Shown here: positions 58,342 to 64,000 of the stretch, piece after piece
Numbering within the stretch: position 1 is the first letter of the stretch
Layout of the letters: each line of letters starts with the position of its first letter
From: Bacteriovoracia bacterium
GTDB lineage: Bacteria > Bdellovibrionota > UBA1018 > CAIPTA01
DNA: 64,000 bases
Assembly: GCA_050246755.1 (NCBI GenBank)
Contig: JBFWVL010000005.1
Coordinates: forward strand, 96,001-160,000
Direction of reading: 5' to 3'
Notes under the pieces: generated by a model
What the model was told of the DNA's origin: nothing
Database searches by the model: none
Seen by the model: the letters and a program-made list of their open reading frames with translations, nothing else
Made by a program: the position numbers and the translations under genes

Positions 58342-60186
58342 CTACAGACTGAAATCAGGGCCGCGCGCTTTGCTGCGCGCTCGCCCAGGCTCAAACGCCT
58401 GAACGTGTATGTCGAACGGGTTGAACCGTTCTTGGAACTTTTGCTGCGCCTTCTGGTCGTGCTCTCGCTCTTCCGCTCGCGCGGAATGCGCAAGATGCAC
58501 TTCCGAAATGTGGCGATTCGTAGCTAAAAGCTCATCGAGCCTGTGATGCGAACCCGCATCCAGCATTGCGAAATGGCTGGCTCCTCCTGCTGGAGAAACC
58601 GCGCCTTTTCCGTGCTGCAAAATGAATTCAAACGGATCGCGGTGGACGACGATTTGTTTTCCCTTTCCAATCGACTCAAAGAAGGCGCCAGACGGCTTGC
58701 CGTGGCGCTTGCCGCGCCACTGGCCGTTTGGCTCTTCACGAAACTCCATCGCCGATTCGTTCTTTTCTCCCATGAGCCAAATGCTGCGGTCGTGGCCGAC
58801 GTGCAGCCGATCGCTCTTAAGGAGCGTGTCGGCTGCGTCGCTCGCCATGCCACGCGCACGCGTAAACGCCGCCAGCGTTTTGCGTGCCTCGGGCGGCGAT
58901 GCCGCCCTCGGTTTTGGCACAAAGAAGGATTGAAACCCGCGCTTGTATTCGCCCATGACAGGCTCAAGTAGCAAGAGCCTCGGGTTCTTATTGATTTTCG
59001 CAACTGCGCGCAAATAGCTGGTCTCGTCGTGAATCGCAACGAAATCAATAATGGTGCCCTTCGTTTGGTTCTTCGTGTTCGTCCACTCGGAATTTCCGAG
59101 CACGACGAATTCTTTTCCGGCGAGCACCGTCTGACCTTTAGCATTCTGCTTTGTCTTGATCTTGTGTTCCGCGCAGTAGTCGAAAATGCTCATTTCGCGC
59201 GCTCGTTTCATCTCCTGATATAAAACGCCGCCGCGCTCATCAAAAATTGCAGGCAGATCAGCGCGAGCACGACTACGCTCAATTTTCGTAAACTGCCCAT
59301 AATCCTTGCTTCCGCCGCGTTGGTGGCTTCTTGATTCCAAAAGTAGATCGCTTGGAGTTCCCAGAGGATTTCCTTTTCCGTCAAAGGCGGCTCCAATGTC
59401 GGATCGGATTCGTTCTCGCAGGCCTGGCTGTTGTGCGAATTTTTCATCGTTCTCCTTGAAGACTTTCATCAAGCCTTCTTTGTCAAACTTGGTTCCCAGA
59501 CTTTTCCCGCGAACGCCCTTCGTGCGTTCACCGTAAAAGTAGGTAATGTTTTTGTCTTCAATGTGAGCGTCCACCCCGAGCGTTTTCAATTGGCCGCGAA
59601 GCTCATCGAAGCTTGTGCTTGCCGATCTTGCGTAGTCGATCTTATCGACCATATCGAGCACCCAAGATTTCTTTCCCTTCGCGATTAGTTTTCGGACGCC
59701 ATCGGGTAACTTCGCTTCGAGGTCCTTCGTGCGCTTCTGCATTTCGCGCATCCCATTTTCTCTCGCTAGTTCGTTGCTTATGTCGTGGAGCTTTTTTAGC
59801 TCTTTACGCGTATGAACGAGACCCTTTCCGGTTTGAGAATTGATCGCACAAATAACGATATGGTTGTGAACGTGGTCCTTGTCTGTGTGCGTGACCACCC
59901 AGGCCATGTGGCCGGGTGCCCACCGCTCGGCAAGTGTTTTCCCGAGCGCATTGAACTCTTCTATCGTTTTCATTCCGGCTTCTTCTGGATGCCAAGATTG
60001 ATAGATCGTGTACGCGAGGTTCTTTACGCGGCTCTGCGGGAATCGTGAATGCTCATTGCGAATCTCTTGAGCCATATTTTCTCCGGCCCCGTCGGGGTTA
60101 GAGACTTCGATGCCTTTCTCTTCCTTCGTGATGTATCGCGCGTAATCGTCCAAATCGTCCACCTTTTGAAATTCAACGTATGGCAT
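58342..60186 (-). CDS. MOBP-type relaxase with C-terminal primase-like region
   Basis: motif I Tyr (ARYI), motif II (QSWHPEE), motif III HTDKDHVHNH; C-terminal W.......G.IIDFV......Y..AV. Confidence 0.9.
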   Translation of the reverse strand: MPYVEFQKVDDLDDYARYITKEEKGIEVSNPDGAGENMAQEIRNEHSRFPQSRVKNLAYTIYQSWHPEEAGMKTIEEFNALGKTLAERWAPGHMAWVVTHTDKDHVHNHIVICAINSQTGKGLVHTRKELKKLHDISNELARENGMREMQKRTKDLEAKLPDGVRKLIAKGKKSWVLDMVDKIDYARSASTSFDELRGQLKTLGVDAHIEDKNITYFYGERTKGVRGKSLGTKFDKEGLMKVFKENDEKFAQQPGLRERIRSDIGAAFDGKGNPLGTPSDLLLESRSHQRGGSKDYGQFTKIERSRARADLPAIFDERGGVLYQEMKRAREMSIFDYCAEHKIKTKQNAKGQTVLAGKEFVVLGNSEWTNTKNQTKGTIIDFVAIHDETSYLRAVAKINKNPRLLLLEPVMGEYKRGFQSFFVPKPRAASPPEARKTLAAFTRARGMASDAADTLLKSDRLHVGHDRSIWLMGEKNESAMEFREEPNGQWRGKRHGKPSGAFFESIGKGKQIVVHRDPFEFILQHGKGAVSPAGGASHFAMLDAGSHHRLDELLATNRHISEVHLAHSARAEEREHDQKAQQKFQERFNPFDIHVQAFEPGRARSKARGPDFSL

Positions 60187-60526
60187 GGTTCACCGAAAAG
60201 ATGCTTCGGAGCTCGACGAGCTGGCGCGCAATTGCGCTCAAGGCCTGACTCCATCCGGTCATCAGGCCCGAGTTCATTTTATGCGCGATCTGGTTCACAT
60301 TATTGCCGATGCGTTTCAGCTCAGTGATGATGCGATCTGCGTGCTCGCGGTCGTAGAGCGGGCGTTCAAGATCGACGCGATTGAACGTATTTCTCCTGAG
60401 AATTTCTGCGCGCGAGAATCCGGTCGCATGCTCCATTTTCTGAATCCTTGCGTATTCCAGTTCAGACACGCGCACGCAAATCCGTGGGCCGCGTTCGCTC
60501 TCTGGTTTGTGTTTCCGTTCGGTCAT
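60173..60526 (-). CDS. mobC: relaxosome accessory protein MobC
   Basis: RHH start I.VRVS..E, ELKRIGNNVNQIAH..N; overlaps the relaxase start. Confidence 0.92.
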   Translation of the reverse strand: MTERKHKPESERGPRICVRVSELEYARIQKMEHATGFSRAEILRRNTFNRVDLERPLYDREHADRIITELKRIGNNVNQIAHKMNSGLMTGWSQALSAIARQLVELRSIFSVNHAIR

Positions 60527-60635
60527 GGTCGTTTTCCTTTTGATTGAAAAGGAATCCTCGCTTGTCGTCGGACCCCGAATTGCCTTGCTTCATTTTTCCC
60601 TTCCCTGCGGGATCGGGACGCCCTCTATCTGGCGT

Positions 60636-60815
60636 TCACTTGAACGCGGCGATGAGTGCTTTGAAAATCGTTGTGAGCCAGCCTTTGACCTCCTCGTGAT
60701 CGACTCCGGTTTGAGCCGCGGCTTTCGCCGCGTCCTTGACCGTCGCTCCGAGTTCGCCAGCGGCGCGTACAACTTCTTCGCCTGCATCAACGCTCGCTTC
60801 TTGCACTTCGCTCAA
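60636..60815 (-). CDS. 59-aa acidic protein not in the ORF track
   Basis: GGAGGT RBS 5 nt before TTG; MSEVQEASVDAGEEVVRAAGELGATVKDAAKAAAQTGVDHEEVKGWLTTIFKALIAAFK. Confidence 0.65.
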   Translation of the reverse strand: MSEVQEASVDAGEEVVRAAGELGATVKDAAKAAAQTGVDHEEVKGWLTTIFKALIAAFK

Positions 60816-61152
60816 TTTCCACCTCCTTTTCGTCTTGTTTCATTAGTTTCATCGTCACGATCTCGTTTGCTTTGATGATCTCGTCGAGAGCGAGTGCGAG
60901 GTGCGCTTCGGCTTTCTTCAAGCTCTCGCTTTGAAGGACAGCCTGACTGACCTCTGGTTGCGCACGCTCTAACTTCACCTTTTGCAGAAGCACATTTTCC
61001 TTCGTCAGAATCTCGTGAACGGTTTGCTCCTTTCGGTCGATGCTGGCGCAGCCTGTGAGTAGAACCTGTAAGGTCAAACCTGCGGTGATTAGAATTGGAA
61101 TCGTTCGTTTTAAAAGTTGGTCTGTGCTGTTAATAAATTTGGGTTGTTGCAT
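60787..61152 (-). CDS. small helical lipoprotein
   Basis: AGGAG RBS before ATG 61152; hydrophobic stretch and LTGC lipobox. Confidence 0.7.
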   Translation of the reverse strand: MQQPKFINSTDQLLKRTIPILITAGLTLQVLLTGCASIDRKEQTVHEILTKENVLLQKVKLERAQPEVSQAVLQSESLKKAEAHLALALDEIIKANEIVTMKLMKQDEKEVEIERSARSER

Positions 61153-61207
61153 TTTTCTCCTTTGGTTTGTTTGGTTTCTTGTTTGCTTCTTTTTTGGGCA
61201 TTTTGGG

Positions 61208-61302
61208 TCCGGGCAAGATAGTGTGTGGGCGCCCACCACACGAAAAAAAGTGAGGGCCTTGCCCCCACACCCCCACGGGAGGGCGCTTGCAGCGCCCTCC
61301 CG
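61208..61302 (-). promoter_or_regulatory. origin of transfer (oriT), RP4/MOBP-like nic
   Basis: minus strand CTATCTTG^CCCGG (RP4 nic is TATCCTG^CCCGG) next to palindrome GTGGGCGCCCAC (61225-61236) and a perfect 12-bp hairpin at 61276-61302. Confidence 0.75.
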
Positions 61303-61319
61303 AAATACAAAGAGCGGGT

Positions 61320-62855
61320 TCATAGAACCGCTCCCGCAGCGCCAGCGGCGGCGCTGCTAAGACCTCCGGTTGCGGCGCCGGGCACCGCACCGGAGACGGG
61401 TTCGAGGAAGTCGGGTTTTGCTTCCGCTTGGCCTTCCGACAACATGGGCTTGAGGAACATGAACGCCGATCCGGTGGTGAGTGTTGCGATCAGGAGCTGC
61501 ACCCAGGAGTAGATCGAATACATATAGTAGAGGCGATGGTTCACTAGGCTTGCCGAGTACAGCGATACTCCGTCGTTCATGTCGCCAAAGGCGCTCATCA
61601 CATCGGCAGACATCGCGATTCCGAGCATGACGTGATAGAGAAGCGTCCACAGCGGCGTCCAAAGAAGGACGGAGAAGTAAATCCAAAACCAGACGATCAA
61701 AACGCGGTAGTGGCCGGCCACTACGAAAAAGATCAGCCACGGAAAAATCGCTACCAGGATCATGCGAACGAAGCCCGCAACGTGTGGAGCCCGCGCCAGG
61801 TGTTCACTGAACTCCTGCGAACGCTTGGCAGCTTCCGCTGCTCCTTGGGTGTCGCGAAACCCAAACGTCCCGAGTAGGCCATCCCAGCTAAAGAAGCGGT
61901 TCATCGTTTGAAAGAATGAGCCCGCGCTGCCCGGAAGTTCGCTGGCCTTTTGAATGCCCATGCGGCCCTCGCGCTGATCGGCGTAGTAGTCCACCAGAGC
62001 CGATGAAACCGCATAGTTCTTGTAGTAGGACGGGTCGATCTTCGCGCCGTATCCGAGCGCCATCGCGGCCCCGCCAGGGATTCGGTCAGAGAACCCTTTG
62101 GTTTTTTCCGTCGCGTATTGGTTGAGTTTCTGAACCGTGGATTCCTTCACTTCAAGGCAGTTGGTCTGCTTTCCATTCCCAAGGTCGAGCGTCACGTCGG
62201 CTAGATCGCGGTCAAGTTTCTGGCCGGTCTTGAACATACCGTCTATCGCTGCCTGATTCTTGAATTCCTGGACGAACGGCAAAACCTTGGTGAAGCACTC
62301 GTCGGTATAGAATTGGAGCTGATCGCGCAGCTCGGGGTCTTCGATGCTAGTGGTGCCCGCGTACATGATCGCTTTGTAGAAGAGGTTCGGGGCCGTGAGC
62401 TGCGAGTTTCCAACCGCGAACACTTGGTCGATCACGCGTGCTAGAAGGCTCGTTAGCTCTTCAGCCGTGTGGCTGATGAGCTGAAAGACAACGCTGACCT
62501 TGTACTGGCCCTGCACGCCTTGGAAGCGGCCTTGAACGTAGGGGTTATCCGCCCAATTCTTGCCCTGGTAGTCGGACACTTGGGCCGTCGTACCAACACG
62601 CAAGATCGCGAGCCCCAGGAAGAGGCACGCGATCACCTTGACGAATTTTGAGAGTGGCAAGTGCCGACGCTCAACAAGTGAGCCCGGCACATAGCGGGAG
62701 ATAAATTTGAGCGCGGTCATGAAGAAACCCGCGCCGAAGATGAGTAGGATAAGGCCCTTGAAGAATGCCTCACCCGTAATCACTTCGATGAACTTCGCGT
62801 GCAGTTCAAGGCCGAGGATTTGATAGAGTGCCTCATAGGCGGTATTGGAAAACAT
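61320..62855 (-). CDS. traG: TraG N-terminal-domain protein (F-type mating-pair stabilisation)
   Basis: AGGAGG RBS; N-terminal TMs, periplasmic region with F...C and C, then P...G......IFP......, Y....LW..LW TM block. Confidence 0.7.
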   Translation of the reverse strand: MFSNTAYEALYQILGLELHAKFIEVITGEAFFKGLILLIFGAGFFMTALKFISRYVPGSLVERRHLPLSKFVKVIACLFLGLAILRVGTTAQVSDYQGKNWADNPYVQGRFQGVQGQYKVSVVFQLISHTAEELTSLLARVIDQVFAVGNSQLTAPNLFYKAIMYAGTTSIEDPELRDQLQFYTDECFTKVLPFVQEFKNQAAIDGMFKTGQKLDRDLADVTLDLGNGKQTNCLEVKESTVQKLNQYATEKTKGFSDRIPGGAAMALGYGAKIDPSYYKNYAVSSALVDYYADQREGRMGIQKASELPGSAGSFFQTMNRFFSWDGLLGTFGFRDTQGAAEAAKRSQEFSEHLARAPHVAGFVRMILVAIFPWLIFFVVAGHYRVLIVWFWIYFSVLLWTPLWTLLYHVMLGIAMSADVMSAFGDMNDGVSLYSASLVNHRLYYMYSIYSWVQLLIATLTTGSAFMFLKPMLSEGQAEAKPDFLEPVSGAVPGAATGGLSSAAAGAAGAVL

Positions 62856-62863
62856 CGAACCTC

Positions 62864-63103
62864 CTAATCCCGAACGGGCATGAGAGCCCGCGCGCGAAGT
62901 CCTGGACGAAGACCGATCTCGACTCCATCTTCCCAGCTTAAGAAGCGGAGGATCGCGTCTGAGGAGCGCTGCACGAGCCCTAAGAGCCACGCACCACTAA
63001 GGCAGAGTTCGAGCACCGTGCCGGTCTTCAACAGCTCATTCTCAAGCTTCCAGGCGTTCGGGCCTGCGGCTTCGAGAACGCCTTCAACGGATTTCACTTT
63101 CAT
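62864..63103 (-). CDS. small hypothetical protein in the tra operon
   Basis: GGAGG RBS; start overlaps the upstream stop (TGATG). Confidence 0.55.
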   Translation of the reverse strand: MKVKSVEGVLEAAGPNAWKLENELLKTGTVLELCLSGAWLLGLVQRSSDAILRFLSWEDGVEIGLRPGLRARALMPVRD

Positions 63104-63999
63104 CAGTGACCTCCTTCGCAAAGGACGCCATCGGCACAGTCGAAGTAGCGGGATCGGGCGTTCGACGACTCCAGAGCCGATTCATCTCTTTGGATTCTGT
63201 CGGCAGACAGACTTGCGCGAAGGCTTCCACCTTCTTGATTGATCTGCGCGACTACTTGATTCAGCGGCGCATTTTTCTCCCGCTGTAATTCCAAGGTGGC
63301 GTCAATAGACTGTTTCAGCGATTCTCGTTTGTCGGCGATTTCTTTCCGTCTACGGTCCGGCAGATTCGGGTTCTGGCTGGCTACAGCGAGCACGTCGAGC
63401 GAGCGGTTCATGTCTTCCGAAAACCGCGATGCTGCAATCGAATTGGCGAGCCGTTGGCAGTAGAGAGCCCGCGTTTTGAATGGCATAACCGCAAGGTTTC
63501 GCAGTGTCTGTCGATCGAGAACCGTTTGGTCGGTGCCGGTTATCGCCTTCAAATCAGCCGTGCGAATGAGAGTATTGGTTTGACTCGGATCAGAACCGTC
63601 AATCTTACCCATGAGGCCTGAGCAGAGCTTACTCTGAACGTCGCGCTCGATGCCCGCCAGGTGCGTTCGCGGGGTGATGCCGAAAGGCTTGTCGCCGTAA
63701 TTTACGGAGACATTTCCGCGGGCGATAACCGTGTCACCAACGAGACTCTGCACGAGTTTGATCGAGTCTTTGCCACCTTCTTGCGTGTCGAATCCTGCCC
63801 ACTTTGCAGAGCTGCCAATCAATTCATTGGAACTGCTCTTTTCGCCGTACTTTGATCCTGACCAGTTCGCGATGTCGGTGTTGAACATACTGCCGGAGTT
63901 ACAAGCCTGCATTGCGGCCTCGATGTTGCCGCCATTTTGCTCGATCTGTTTGTGTACGCAGGACTGGCGTTCTTCGTAGTAATCGGAAACCCGCGAGTC
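63103..63999 (-). CDS. TraH-like F-type pilus assembly protein (5' beyond window)
   Basis: frame open to the window end; several Cys, SLVGD motif, C-terminal coiled coil; lies upstream of traG as in F-type systems. Confidence 0.55.
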   Translation of the reverse strand, partial: DSRVSDYYEERQSCVHKQIEQNGGNIEAAMQACNSGSMFNTDIANWSGSKYGEKSSSNELIGSSAKWAGFDTQEGGKDSIKLVQSLVGDTVIARGNVSVNYGDKPFGITPRTHLAGIERDVQSKLCSGLMGKIDGSDPSQTNTLIRTADLKAITGTDQTVLDRQTLRNLAVMPFKTRALYCQRLANSIAASRFSEDMNRSLDVLAVASQNPNLPDRRRKEIADKRESLKQSIDATLELQREKNAPLNQVVAQINQEGGSLRASLSADRIQRDESALESSNARSRYFDCADGVLCEGGH

Positions 64000-64000
64000 C

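Larger units (their letters stand above)
56180..64000 (-). mobile_element. integrative conjugative element, one end (continues beyond the window)
   Basis: att core, integrase, excisionase, relaxase, MobC, oriT and tra genes all co-oriented. Confidence 0.88.

Noticed and set aside
60590-60790. 66-aa ORF MMQAKK... from the track
   Set aside because: No RBS; the overlapping 60636..60815 frame has GGAGGT and more protein-like composition

Overview
Bacterial chromosome segment, most likely from a Bdellovibrionota/Oligoflexia-type organism (two TIGR02147-type regulators, many signal-peptide hypotheticals, Gly-rich-motif secreted proteins). About 1-44 kb is GC-rich backbone: a URC-type uracil operon (GTP cyclohydrolase II-like, DUF1688, upp, udk), a secreted nuclease, an L,D-transpeptidase, a tightly coupled DUF4956 / HlyD-propeller fusion / TolC-like / VTC operon, ABC-F, a signal-peptide-bearing circularly permuted ATP-grasp, an orphan PqqD beside glycosyl- and nucleotidyltransferases, yegD, ArsR/nemA, cbpA/cbpM, MFS, GT-C proteins and an alcohol dehydrogenase. 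Three copies of a 145-146 bp inverted-repeat-bounded element lie in intergenic spaces. About 48.4-56.1 kb is visibly more AT-rich accessory DNA: two mirror-image TIGR02147/secreted-protein cassettes, a phage terminase relic and a SIR2-like gene. From about 56180 to the window end is one end of an integrative conjugative element bounded by a tRNA-fMet 3'-end att core (tyrosine integrase, excisionase, MOBP relaxase, MobC, RP4-like oriT, TraG_N, TraH-like). No CRISPR array, rRNA or intact tRNA was seen. All family calls come from motif recognition by eye, not database searches.
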